Source of the DNA: Octopus bimaculoides
Taxonomy: Eukaryota
DNA length: 45,749 bases
Reading direction: 5' to 3'
Assembly (NCBI RefSeq): GCF_001194135.2
Contig: NC_068982.1
Span: 105,468,088 to 105,513,836 of the forward strand
Made by a program: the position numbers and the translations under genes. The notes beneath the pieces are model-generated. The model made no database searches. It saw only the letters and a program-made list of their open reading frames with translations, and was not told the DNA's origin. This document shows, one piece after another, positions 12,561 through 24,706 of the stretch. Numbering within the stretch: position 1 is the stretch's first letter; the number at the start of each line of letters is the position of its first letter.

Positions 12561-13696
12561 AACATATTGACTCGATCATGTTGACACTCCTAATAGTTTG
12601 TTTTATATATATATACCCAAGCTGCAGTTATTATCAAACGTTGTCATTAATATCACAGGGGTTTGATATATGCGAATCAATAACGATTCTAATTAGAAGT
12701 TCTCTGATATTTCATGTGCTGATATTCAATCATCTGATTTACCAGTCGCCAGTTATTTCATAGCTTGTTATTAACTAGTCTAAGTCATCAATTAGTCACA
12801 GACATTGCTGATAGGAAAGAGGCCTGGAGCTAAGAAAGAAAGAATATTTGATGCCAATCCAAATATCACCAAACATGTGATATTCTTCCCCAGAGATAAT
12901 TCCTTTTTCCTTGGTTTCTTGTTTGTTATCATGACCCTTTCAGTTATTAATAAATAGATGCTTGTGAAAGATACAGTCTTTCAACATGATATGACACCAG
13001 GGAGTTCAATGTTTTATGGTATTAGGTTGGAAACAACGATATGATTTTTGAAAAGGTTGTTAGATTGTTTTGAGTGAAAAGCAGCTATTTATATATTTAT
13101 ATATAAAAGATCTTCCTATTCCCTCTGCTTGTTTCCTCAATGTATACTGTCACTTGTAAAAGGTTAATGTAAGCAAAAGGTAACCCCCCCCCCCCCCCCC
13201 GCCGCAAAACCACACCCTGTTTAACATTATTTTTAAGAACATGCAGATACAGTTAAGTTGATAGGTAAAATTGTCTGAAATTACAGAGTATACACATCAT
13301 GTCTCTTCATTTTTATACATCTTTCATTTTATGTATTTTATGATAACCATTTAAAGAGTATCAACTTTCTAATTAAAGAAGCATAAAAGGCTTTTAGTCC
13401 ATTACTAAATTTAATTATTATTTTAAAAACATTTATGTTTTAGCTATTGAAATTTTCCTTGTTATTTATTTATATATTTATTTGTTTTTATATTCAACAT
13501 ATTTTTTCACTCAAATGTGGTGTAAGAGGCTAGTACTACATGGCAGTAGGCACTACAATATGAATCTTGTTAACTCAGTGTCCTGAGTTCAAATTTCTAC
13601 TGAGGCCAAATTTTCTTTCATTACAAAATTGATGGGTGGAAGCTACTGACAGATATTGAAGCAGGGCTTAAACCAGGATTTTTGAAAACATGCTGG

Positions 13697-13778
13697 GGGA
13701 GAATAAATAGTACAGTGTAGGGAGAATAAATAGTACAGTGTAGGGAGAATAAATAGTACAGTGTAGGGAGAATAAATA
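13697..13778. repeat. 23-bp tandem repeat x3.5 (gggagaataaatagtacagtgta)
   Basis: Units start at 13697, 13720, 13743 and 13766. Confidence 0.95.
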
Positions 13779-13780
13779 AT

Positions 13781-13880
13781 GTGTATAGCTGTGCGGGTAA
13801 GATACACCTTGGGCAAGTGTCTCCTACTATAGCCCCTGACTGACCAAAGCCTTATGAGTGGATTCAGTGCATGTAAACTT
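13781..13880 (+). mobile_element. SINE fragment (ccttgggcaagtgtct...gaccaaagcctt.tgagtgga family); other pieces at 24050-24120 (+) and about 45160-45285 (-)
   Basis: The motif gaccaaagcctt(a/g)tgagtggatt is shared among the three loci. Confidence 0.55.
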
Positions 13881-13889
13881 ACAGCGGCT

Positions 13890-14090
13890 ACATAAAGAAG
13901 CTGTCCACTTGATGTGGATGAAGCTTGAGGAAGTGGGGGGTGCTCAGGAAAACAAGGATTGAAGCAGTGAAGGCTGATCTCAGGGTTTCAAGCAGTATAG
14001 AAATGAGAAAGTACTTTGATGACAGGCAATGCATTGCTCAAGAAGACCCACTCATCATAATGAAACTGAGATTCAGGAAATATAATGTGT
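13890..14090 (+). mobile_element. Highly decayed RTE 3' end fragment
   Basis: Resembles the end of the 28304-28720 fragment (gaagcagtgaaggctgatctcag...ctcaagaagacccactc...aaactgag). Confidence 0.4.
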
Positions 14091-14099
14091 ATACACAAT

Positions 14100-14990
14100 A
14101 CTAGTCCCCTCCACTAATTTGTCTCTGAAAAGCTCTCCCACTGCTCCAATTCTCTCTAACACTCAACTTTCCATCAATCTCCAAACTACTGTCCTTTCTG
14201 TAATTAAATGAAAGCAGAACTACATATTTCATCATCCTCTTCAACACTACTAGTTATCTCTCCCTTACTCCAGAACCATTTTCTTTTGACACCCATCCCT
14301 CATTCCTCTTCATTCATATTTTCTATTGATTGCTCTTTCTGTGCTACCAGTTACCTCTCCCTCTTCTCTGCACCACTTCTTATTAATTCACCACTATGTA
14401 CCTTTGACTATCTCAACCCCTTTCACAATATGCTTCTCACTCACCTCACACACTTTTTCAAACTTCACCATTACATCATCTCCTAATCTCTTATCCTTCC
14501 CCTTTTTTATTGCATTATTATTATTCTGATATTCTTCACACCTTCTGTACTGTTAGTCACTGCCTCCTCTCCCTTACCTTCCCTTCAACTCGTATTAACT
14601 TTCAATTACCCCTTCATTCTTGTTCACCCCTTCACTCTTGTTCGCTGTACTTACCCATACTCCTATTTCTAATAATCTTTCACTCTCCCCATGTTTGCAG
14701 CCTCTACCACTCATCCTTTCTGATCTTCTGTCCTAACACCCTCTTCTATTCACCTTCTTATACCTTGAGAGCATACTTACGCTTCTCATGACCACCATTT
14801 TTATCTTTTTCCAGTTCAATTTCGTTGCATGTCACCCATCCTTATGAAATGTGAGATAACCATGTAAATACATAGCTACCACAATAGCGAGTCACCTCTT
14901 CATATCCATTCCATCATACTTTAATCTTGCAACATCTAGCATAAAGCTACCTCCCTCTCTATGATACTCCTATTCAGTTGAGAAAAATCA
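14100..14990 (-). mobile_element. Possible highly decayed LINE remnant
   Basis: Long non-repetitive stretch, purine-rich on the minus strand like LINE ORFs; no clean motif. Confidence 0.25.
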
Positions 14991-14994
14991 TTTG

Positions 14995-15210
14995 TCTTGC
15001 ATGTTACTTGGCAACCTCACTAGTGTAGGTGCCATGTAAAAAGCACCCAGTACAGTCTGTAAAGTGGTTGGCATTTAGAAGGGCATCCAGTCATAGAAAA
15101 CATGCCAAGCAGACACTGGAGCATGATGCAGTCTTCCAACTCATCAGATTCCATCAATCTGTTCAACCCTTGTAAGCATGTGACATGGACATTAAATAAT
15201 AATAATGAGG
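14995..15210 (+). mobile_element. Older RTE-tail SINE-like copy
   Basis: aagcacccagtacagtctgtaaagtggttggcatttagaagggcatccag...ggacattaaataataat. Confidence 0.7.
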
Positions 15211-15631
15211 ATCATACATGTGTGTGTGTATGTCTATCAGTGTGAAATTTCAAAATCAGTCCATGAAGTAAAAATACTTTGTAGTATTTGACAATATGCT
15301 TTGATACCCAAGTTGACTCTACTTCCACCTCCATACCAAGGTCAATAAAACAAACACTAAACAAAGTACGATGGTTGATATAAGCCAGCAGTTCTCAAAC
15401 TGACAAATACCAGCAACACCACTCCCACTACCCTGACAAAAAAATATGATATTGGCGAAATTTCTTGGCACCTCTCCTGGCACTTTTCCTAATGAGAAAA
15501 CAAAGTAGAGTTTACATCTATAATTCTTCTTTGCTTCCTATGGTGTTGGACAGGCTTAAAATGTCGGAATTCATTTTATTGTTTTTAAACATGACAGTTC
15601 GTCTGCCCCTCTCTCCTTTCAATTCTCTCAG

Positions 15632-15696
15632 CCCCATTGCCTATGATAAACTTCGATATGAGCAACAAAATGTCCTTGAAACCAGTATGGTTGTAG
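15632..15696 (+). CDS. Candidate terminal coding exon of an unidentified gene (xPLPMINFDMSNKMSLKPVWL*)
   Basis: Strong polypyrimidine acceptor ctctctcctttcaattctctcAG (15630-31), TAG at 15694-96, then an AT/U-rich 3'UTR-like stretch with AATAAA at 15961. No homology recognised. Confidence 0.2.
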
Positions 15697-16224
15697 GTCA
15701 ATTACTAATACTTGTGAAAGAATATGTGGTTATTTGTATTTAAGTGTATTTTCTACTGTTGTAGCCACCAAATGAACTGTGATGTTATGTATTGATAAAT
15801 ATAACTGTATTTTTTATTGTATTTTCCTTATTTGTGAATTGTGTTATAATATTACAGCGAAGATACATGTGTGCTGAAAAATTATAATCTGTAGTTCACC
15901 CAGCATATGATGAGGGAACTGTCAGTTTTATATAAAAAAAAAAACATTAAAAAAAACCTAAATAAAAAGAATTGATTTTTGTATTATTTTGCATCAAAAT
16001 TGTTGATGCAAAAATATTATCTGGTGTCAGTAGCTTTTAAGAAATACCTGAGCAGATTCTCAAGCAGTTTAGTTAATCAGACAAACATGACACAAGTAGA
16101 GACACTTAATGCTGTGGTGGTTGAATAAGTTGGAATAGGGAAATGACATTAACGATAGTATATGAATCGTCATTGTTGTCCTTGTCATCGTCTTCATTGT
16201 TGTCATCATTGTCATCGTTGTCGT

Positions 16225-16480
16225 TGTCATCATCATCATCATCATCATTTAACATCTCTCTTCCATGCTGGCATGAGTTGTATAGTTCTACAGGATCTTA
16301 TATACTAGAGGACAGTATCAAGCTCCAGTATCTATTTTGATATGGTTTCTGCAGCCAGATAATCCCCCTAATGCTAATCACTTGACGGAGTGTACTGGGT
16401 GCGATTTTTTTGTGGTGCCTATACCAATGAGGTTGCCAAGTAACTCATAAAACAGAAAAGCAGTACACTGAGCGAGAGTG
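16225..16480 (-). mobile_element. Older RTE-tail SINE-like copy
   Basis: (CAT)n-ttaacatctctttccatgctggcatg...tgtactgggtgc. Confidence 0.65.
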
Positions 16481-16763
16481 TAGTTGAGTGGGAGGCTGCT
16501 TTATATCACCTTTTGAGACATTAAAGTTCTACAGAGAAACAGGACACCTGCGTCTGACTGTAGAAGAGATACATAGTGACTCTGCATATAAAATATATAC
16601 TCTGATACACACAAACATAGACATATTTTCTGCTGTGTAAAAGTGTTTTACACACATGCACTCACACTATCATACACATTATAAGCATAGACACACACTT
16701 ATAAAGTCACAGAAAACGTGTACACTCATACACATGTAAATAGATACACACATCCATACTTAC

Positions 16764-17150
16764 ATCATCATCATCATCATTTAATGTCCATTTTCCATGC
16801 TGTCATGGGTTGGATGGTTTGACAGGAGCTGTTTAGCTCAAGGGCTATACAGGCTCCCTGTCTGTTTTAGTATGATTTCTACGACTTGATGCCAGAGTAT
16901 ACTGGGTGCTTTTACTCAGTTCTGGTATGGGTGCTTTTTATGTGGCACCAGCACTTACGAGCCCATGAAATTAGGGATGCTCAGTTTAAGAGGATTGCAA
17001 GGGATGAGCCTGTATGAAGGGCAATCATGCTTTTACTTAGCTTGATATGTCTTTTCAAGCACAACAAACTGCCAGGAATTTCAGTCCCCTGTCGTCCCCT
17101 CTGTAATTTCCAATGTTTGTAGATCCTTTTTCACTACTCCATCCTATGTT
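16764..17150 (-). mobile_element. Older RTE-tail SINE-like copy
   Basis: (CAT)n-ttaatgtccattttccatgctgtcatgggttggatgg. Confidence 0.65.
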
Positions 17151-17597
17151 TTCACACTATGTATGATTTTCAAATATAGGAAGTTTTTTTTTTAGGATCT
17201 ACAAGGTTTGTGTTTGTGATGTATTTGGGAAAGTGTGAAGTCTGTTGATTAGAGCCTTTGAATAATTCAGATATGAGTCTTATTGATTTTCAAATGAGAA
17301 AAATAAGGGGAAAGGTGGCTACACTAGGATCTGAGTTTTGAACCAAGTGGGATTAAACTTATTGGGATAAAGTATTTAATTAATTATTCCAATGTCCTCA
17401 ATCATCTTCCTGCCTCCAAATACATAGATCTATTAAGTAAAATGTATTTGCTGGCAAACACATGCATACACATTTATACACACACACACACACACACACG
17501 CATACACACACAGAGAAGCACATGCACATAAGTACGCAGAACAGCAAATAGACAAAAATAAACTCCACATATGTACAATCTGTCTACTTTCAAAAGG

Positions 17598-17598
<1 letters not shown>

Positions 17599-17673
<75 letters not shown>

Positions 17674-17680
17674 CCTCCCT
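17599..17680. repeat. (CT)n microsatellite
   Basis: Direct reading. Confidence 0.95.
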
Positions 17681-18304
17681 CCTCCTGTTTCTCTTTCTGT
17701 TTGTCTTTATCTCTCTTTGTCATGGTTATAGGATTAAAAAATTTGCTTTGAAATCAAAGATTTCTGCATTCTGTCCACTGTGCTGCATCATGGACAAGTT
17801 TCTTTTACAGTGTAAAACATTGACTGCAAAGTCTTCCATTACAAACAGTGGAGGATCATTAGCAGTACATCTGATCTCATTGATGTTTCAAGCACTTAAG
17901 TACTGTACATTTCCCTCTGGCTGGCTGAAATTGCATTGGGCTGCTCTACTCTGTACCTTCTCTGGTGTTACTTCTCACGTTTTCTGCTATCCAACAGAAA
18001 CTGACCAATACTCTCCCGTAAATTTCCCCCTTCCCTTCTACCTTGCCCCCAACTACATCCCAACCTTTAACCTGTATTTACTTAATAATCTAGATAACTA
18101 CATAACAAAACAATTTATGCTATTTTTATTAGCAGTTTATCATATGATTATATATATTATTCTAAAAGATTTGTTTGAAGCAAATCTCATTAAAACAACA
18201 AAGATGATTACACATGCTAACTTTTATAATACAAACCAAGTAAAACATCCTTGTATTTATTAAAACAAGTATATTATTAATGAGTATAAAACAAACAACA
18301 AGTA

Positions 18305-18715
18305 TTTGCACAATCAAAAATCAAATCACAGTCAAATGGAAATTGTAGTTGTGGCCAATGCCAGTGCCGCCTGATCGGCTCCTGTGCTGGTGGCACACAA
18401 TAAGCACCATTCATGCGTGGGTCATTGTCAGTGCCACCTGATTGGCTCCTGGTGCCGGTGGCAAGCATAAAGCACCATCCAAACGTGGTCGATGTCAGCC
18501 CCTCCCCCATTCCGCCCCAACTGGCTCCTGTGCTGGTAGCACATAAAAAGCACCCACTACACTCTCGGAGTGGTTGGCGTTAGGAAGGGCATCCAGCAGT
18601 AGAAACCTTGCCAGATCAGATTGGAGCCTGGTGCAGCTTCCTGGCTTGCCAGTCCCCAGTCAAACCCATGCCAGCATGGAAAACGGACGTTAAACGATGG
18701 TAATGATGATGATAA
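18305..18715 (+). mobile_element. RTE-tail SINE-like copy with three internal modules
   Basis: Three copies of ...gctcctg(t)gc(t/c)ggt(g/a)gca...aagcacc, then the tail ggacgttaaacgatggtaatgatgat. Confidence 0.85.
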
Positions 18716-18799
18716 TACTCAAAATAACATAATTATATATAACAATTAGGATCAAATTTCTTCTCTGACAAAAATTTGGCCATCAAAATCTTAATCACC

Positions 18800-19270
18800 C
18801 TTCTAGCAGTGAACCCTGAAAAGTCCCTTTACACAACCTCTACCATCCACATCTCTGAAGCCCCATCCATTTCCTTTGCACACTTCCCTCAATTCTGCAA
18901 ACTTTCTCACTTTCTTCTTTCTCACTCCTGTCATTCTTGTTTCTTGGGGCACAGTCAACTCCATGCTGATCATACAATGTGCCATCCTTGACACAGGCAT
19001 CGGGCTCATGTTCACCAATTCTGCTTGCACCATCTGCTTTCTTTCCTCATCCACTAACATATCCTAGCCTTTTCTCTACCAAAAGAGAATACGCTTTTCT
19101 GCCTCTGTTCTTTTGCCCCATCTTCACAAATTTTATGTTATCTTTCTGCTCATCCTTCCTCATTTGCATCACTTTGCAAGTAACCTTAGCTAGCAGCCAA
19201 GGTATTTGACAGTGCATCCAAACGTAGGCTAAGAGGAGAATGAGCAGCAAGATAGCACATACTCCAGCAA
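18800..19270 (-). mobile_element. Older Hero/RLE-type retrotransposon fragment
   Basis: MELTVPQETRMTGVRKKKVRKFAELREVCKGNGW...GRGCV resembles the RLE motif; AYVWMHCQI upstream resembles the RYxWRHxQV motif. Confidence 0.55.
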
Positions 19271-21429
19271 TCCCCTTGATTTCTTTCAGAACTTGTATAA
19301 CTTACTTTGATCTCTTACACTTCACTGGTGATGACAACATTTGTCACTAAAGTGAATTTCTGATCCACTTTGTTCTCCTGTACCCACACACACTGAAATT
19401 CCAGCTGTGCTATCTTTATGACCTTGCTCTCCTTTTCTCCCTGACAGATTCTACTCCCAAGTCCCGTCTGCCCTTCCAACCTTGTGTACTGACCCACAGT
19501 TTCATGAGCAGAAAACCCACACCTCTTCTGTTAGTCCTTACCACACCCAAAAATCTCCATCTACTTTGCATGTACAATATCTTCCTATGCAACTCCCTTC
19601 AAACTTTCACTTGCATCCAGTAAAATCTGGAGGCCTTGTTTCAGTAATAGTTGCATCTCCAGTTGCATATCAGTAATGGTTTCATCCTTCATCATCATAA
19701 CCAAGTGCACTTTGTCCATTTTGAATTGACTTCAGGTCAACTGAAGCTTGCAAATGAAACTAGCTAAATGGAAACTGCAAGAAGTCTGTTTGGTGGATTG
19801 TACTGGTTTTTGATAGTAGACTTTATCCACTTAGTTTAACACCACCAACTGACCCTAGGGTGTTTATAGGTAGGCCCATTGTGTTACAAACATTTAAACT
19901 TGTCCCCTATCTGAGTGTAATTCACTATTCTGAAATACTACTTCCAACTGCAGTAACTGATGACTTATGTGTTTCTTAACCCCATCCATGCCCCAGTCTT
20001 GGAGGTTTTGTAAATGCCATGGATGACAGCCTTCCTCTTCTGCCCTTTCTCCCTTCCTTTCTTTGTCCTTCACTTGTTAGCTTTCATTTCTTATCTTTGT
20101 CATTATGTCTCTTACTTGTTATCTCTCTCTCTCTCTCTCTCTCTGATAAACACACACACACAAATACATACAAACTCATATACATACAAAAACATACTGA
20201 CACATATACACCCACATTCAAACCCAAGAGCAAAACAGACATACAACATGAAGAATTAATACATGTGTGTGTGCACAGTACACATACAAAACAGATACAC
20301 ATGCATGCCTGCCTGCAAACACGTATACGTATGCATACACACATTCACCCAAACACTGTTGGGTCTCCCAACTATGTCCATTAGATGGATTTTATTTATG
20401 CTATAATGTTGTATATAAATGCTGAGTACTTCTATGTTCCCACCGGGCTGGATTCGCTATTGGCAGCACTGATGATTTCAAGCACTTCTCTCGAACTCAC
20501 CTGTTCATTCTCAAATGGAACCTCTAAAATCTCTACCTCCCAAGCTACATATATACACCACCTCAAGTCCCAGAATATTCTCTGTACCATATCCTGGTTT
20601 GTAAAACATTAACCACAATGTTTGTCAGTTAAGCTGCAGAGAATCACTCACCATTCTTTGCTGTTATAATATCTTGTTACTCAATAGGCTCTCTGATGTA
20701 ATCTTCTTGTGTAAGCACAAATTTTACTCCACATTTTCCCATTATGTAAAGTATTTATGATTTCTCCTAAGCTCTTTACTTATTACTTAGCTAGGCTAGC
20801 AGCATTTTCTTCCTCACTTCTCTTTGAACCATTTGCTCAGTATTTCAACATACTTTCCTTCTCAGCTCCGTATCTCAACATACTTTCCTTCTCACCCCTT
20901 TCCTTCATTGCTTATCTCTTCCAGTCTTTCTGTTTGGTTAGTTGCCATTCCTAGCTGATTTGTTGTCTGCTTAGTTAGATTCCCTTGACCACCAGTAACA
21001 TTTCCTTTCACCAAATTGACTTCACCTTTACCCTCTCTCCTCTTCTCTCTGTTTCTTTTTTACTTCTTCCATTCATTTCACCCCTTTTCTGCCTCTCTTC
21101 CTCCTTCTAAGTTGTAGATATCTATCTCCTTCTTCGTACTTTTTTGTTCTTGGTCTACCTCCTCTCTCCCTCTCTTCAAACATTTAAATCTCTGGCACTA
21201 CCATATGAACCGTATTTGCCAATCTTTTCTGGATGAGAGAAGATGAATTTATTGTAATATTTCCATGACTTTTACTGGTTGCATACCCAATACTTTTTGT
21301 ATATTCCATCTGCAAATTATGACTATTACAATTATTATGTAACTCATAGATTCCTGAAACATCTATTGAGTTATGACATTATATATTTTCTTCATAGTAT
21401 TCTGTATTTGTTGTACTCTATATAAATAT

Positions 21430-22000
21430 ATGTCTATATATTTATATATATATGTTTTTCTTTCAGAATAGATGTAGATATATGCGTTCATGTGTGTGCG
21501 TATATACATGTGTGTGTGTGTGTGTGTATTGCTCTGTGTGCGCGTGTATGTGTGTATACACACACACATGTATATGTTTATGTGTGACATGCTTTACTGT
21601 GTTTATCTGCATTACTACCTCCAAACACATGCATACATACACACATAGTACATACATATGTATAATATTAGTCAAAACACAAACCCTCACCACTCATTGC
21701 CTTTACACATGCACATGCTTCACACACATACACACACACATACACAATACTTGTATAAACACACATGCAACCACACCCAAAATATAATCTTAATAATGAT
21801 TGCTTTGCACACAAACTCATATACATATAAATGCACACATGCATATAAGCACATACCCACATGCATCCAAACATATATACAAACATAAAAAGGTAAATCT
21901 ATACATATACTCATAAACGCATACCCACATACATACCAACTTGAAGAGTCAAAACTGCACACATACACACATGCATACACATACACACACATACATTCAA
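21430..22000. repeat. Degenerate (TA/TG/CA)n low-complexity region; similar at 22480-22805
   Basis: Direct reading. Confidence 0.8.
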
Positions 22001-22773
22001 ATACTAAAGAAGTAAAAGTCCTCATTACCATTCAGTTTCAATCATCAACTACATTAATCTGGTTTCTTCCATCAATAAACTAAAGTTAACCAGAATCTGA
22101 AGAAATCTTCCACATGGAAAGTGTTTCAAAAGAGTGAAGAAGATTGCAATTGGCTTTTATTCAGGTTAAAATACACACATNNNNNNNNNNNNNNNNNNNN
22201 NNNNNNNNNNNNNNNNNNNNNNNNNNNNNNNNNNNNNNNNNNNNNNNNNNNNNNNNNNNNNNNNNNNNNNNNNNNNNNNNNNNNNNNNNNNNNNNNNNNN
22301 NNNNNNNNNNNNNNNNNNNNNNNNNNNNNNNNNNNNNNNNNNNNNNNNNNNNNNNNNNNNNNNNNNNNNNNNNNNNNNNNNNNNNNNNNNNNNNNNNNNN
22401 NNNNNNNNNNNNNNNNNNNNNNNNNNNNNNNNNNNNNNNNNNNNNNNNNNNNNNNNNNNNNNNNNNNNNNNNNNNNNNNNCATGTTCCTCTATATGTGTG
22501 CACATGCACACACATGTATAAACATGCAAGTACATACATTTACACACATGCATGCACACGTGTGCATCCCCCACATGCACACATGTATACACACATAAGA
22601 ATACATACATGCTCATACATGCACTAATACATGTGCACTCTCCACATGCACACACATATGCACATGGATGCACACACGTGTGCACACACAGGCACACATA
22701 TGCACTCATACATATCTACCCCAATACATGCACACACATGCACTCATACATGTGCATCTCCCATGCATGCACA

Positions 22774-22804
<31 letters not shown>

Positions 22805-23641
22805 TTACTATACAGGTGAAAGAGGAAGAGATTAACTAATATTTCTAAACCAGTTAGTAATTTTTTTTGTCTCCCTCTTTTCTCTTTCACTTTTTTATTT
22901 TATTTGTTGCTGCTGCTGCTGCTGCTGCTGTTGTTGTTGTTGTTATATTAAAAGCCCTTCATTGATAATTAGAATTGATCTTTTTCTGTTTTTATAAATT
23001 TCCTTCCTTCCTATTGGCTTTTCTTTCTTCTTTTTCTTCCTCTTTGACTTTATACTTTTCTTTCTTTTTACCTTATTCTTTCTTCTCTTTCTTTCTTTCT
23101 TTGGTTGCCATTGCCTTTCATTTCCCTTGGCTCCAATAGAATGACCCAATACCTGTAATACATACTGTGTACTCAATACAAGCAATGTGTGCATAAACAT
23201 TTTGAGAGAGGGACAGATCTTTAACAGCTTAACAGAGATATACAACTTCAGACGTGGTCAGGTGTCCAGCAACTGCTCAGATGATTCACCAAATTATTTC
23301 CAATACTTGACATGAAGGTTTGGTTGGAAGGGAGAAAGAAATCAGTTAAAATTCCAGGAGTGAAGCTTTGTTTTACAGAAACAGCATTTCATAGAAAGCC
23401 CATTATCATCATCATTGTCATCATACAATCTTCTCTTCACTCTGATTCCACTACACCTCTTGTCTATCTGTAGTTGATATCTGATAAACCACATGCCTAG
23501 AAAATGAAGAGGATATCATCACAGTCTAGAGCTGTTCAATCGGCATTGACTTGGGTTAAACAGCAACAAAATAACAACTGTTTGCTATTCTCTGTAAACA
23601 TTCTTCTTCCTCCTAAAATAATTTTTCTTCCTCTATTTTAG

Positions 23642-23976
23642 ATACACGTGCTTCTTCATCCCGGGATCGCTATTCAGCTCATTCACACTGCAGCTTAGCA
23701 AGTCCTGAAGACTCTGGTACAGATGAAGGCATTGAAGAAATTCCCAGTACCTCTTATGCAGTGGAGAACAATTCAGTAGCCACATCTGCAATCACAAACT
23801 CTATGGCTACAATAGTAGATACTAACTCTATTACTACTGTTGTAGAAACCAATTCTGTGGCTGTCCGTAAAAGCAGTAGTCGCTTTGATCCAAAGTATGA
23901 GGAGAAAAAACGGAAATACAAACATCGATCAAAAGTTATTAAATACATACTGTTTGTATTGAATTTGTTTTCATGG
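23642..23976 (+). CDS. Tetraspanin coding exon: long cytoplasmic N-terminal region and first half of TM1
   Basis: Acceptor ttttcttcctctattttAG (23640-41) and donor TGG|GTAAGA (23977). The frame is open for 111 codons, ending ...KKRKYKHRSKVIKYILFVLNLFSW, which matches the tetraspanin KYxLFxxNxxFW motif with its typical phase-0 intron after W. In-frame stop at 23614 upstream of the acceptor. First in-frame ATG is at 23803, so the 5' part could be UTR. Confidence 0.8.
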
Positions 23977-24119
23977 GTAAGAATAACTGTATTATTCCTC
24001 TGTTTTAGTGTCTCTTGTCATGTTTAAAGAAGTGAATTGGCAGTCATTAGTTTTGGGCTGAGCAAAGCCTTTTGAGTGGATTTGGTAGACAGAAACTGGG
24101 AAAAGCGTGTCTTATATGT

Positions 24120-24169
<50 letters not shown>

Positions 24170-24359
24170 TAATTAGATAAAGATAATTATGGTTGATCTA
24201 TGGGGTTACCCAGGGTTTCGCATCTATAAAGTGCTTTATGGGCACGAAACCCTACATAACCCCATTGACTGGCCATAACTATTCATAACTATCTTTATCT
24301 AATTACTCTACAGCTCCATAACTTAGAGTGTGCTTCTCTTTTGGATTTACGACTTACTG

Positions 24360-24362
<3 letters not shown>
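24170..24362 (+). mobile_element. Fold-back element E1 (about 135-bp imperfect palindrome plus tail) ending at (TA)n; Penelope-like/retrozyme-type candidate
   Basis: taattagataaagata pairs with tatctttatctaatta, agggtttcg with cgaaaccct, atggggtta with taaccccat. The tail is about 80% identical to the tail of E2. Confidence 0.55.
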
Positions 24363-24399
<37 letters not shown>

Positions 24400-24622
24400 C
24401 AAATGTAAGATCCAGGGATCAAGGTGTAGGAAGAAAGTTAGCTTCAAGCAATCCGTTGTAAATATAAAAAAACAACTTTTAGGGAAAATAGTGGTTTATT
24501 GAGATGGAAGGTTGTCGATTTTTTCGTATTGAAGTTCAATAAACTGAAAAAAAGTTATTTTTATATTTCATGGTAGGTGACCAGGGTAACCAGCTATATA
24601 AATAAGAATACAAGAGTTATGG

Positions 24623-24706
24623 GGCTACATATGTTTCATAGCAAGTGGAACCTCAGAAGTAGTAAATATCCAGGTGAGGTTTGTACTGCAGGCTACTCTT
24701 TAGGCC
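24623..24706 (-). ncRNA. Hammerhead-like motif with mutated core (left arm of palindrome E3), probably inactive
   Basis: Minus strand: ggc-CTAAAGA-gtagc...aacctca..tgaggtt...gctat-GAAA-C-ATAT-G-TA-gcc. Helix I GGC/GCC and helix II GTAGC/GCTAT pair, but the core G is changed to A. Confidence 0.42.

Noticed and set aside
23120-23160. VLGHSIGA on the minus strand resembling an alpha/beta-hydrolase GxSxG motif
   Set aside because: No downstream donor, and it runs into a low-complexity purine tract; most likely chance.
23504-23641. 45-codon ORF ending on the TAG of the splice acceptor, as a start exon
   Set aside because: Out of frame with the tetraspanin and terminates at the acceptor.
24348-24362. 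GTAAGT splice-donor-like motif in the E1 tail on the minus strand (Penelope elements retain introns)
   Set aside because: Not conserved in the E2 tail, and there is no matching acceptor.
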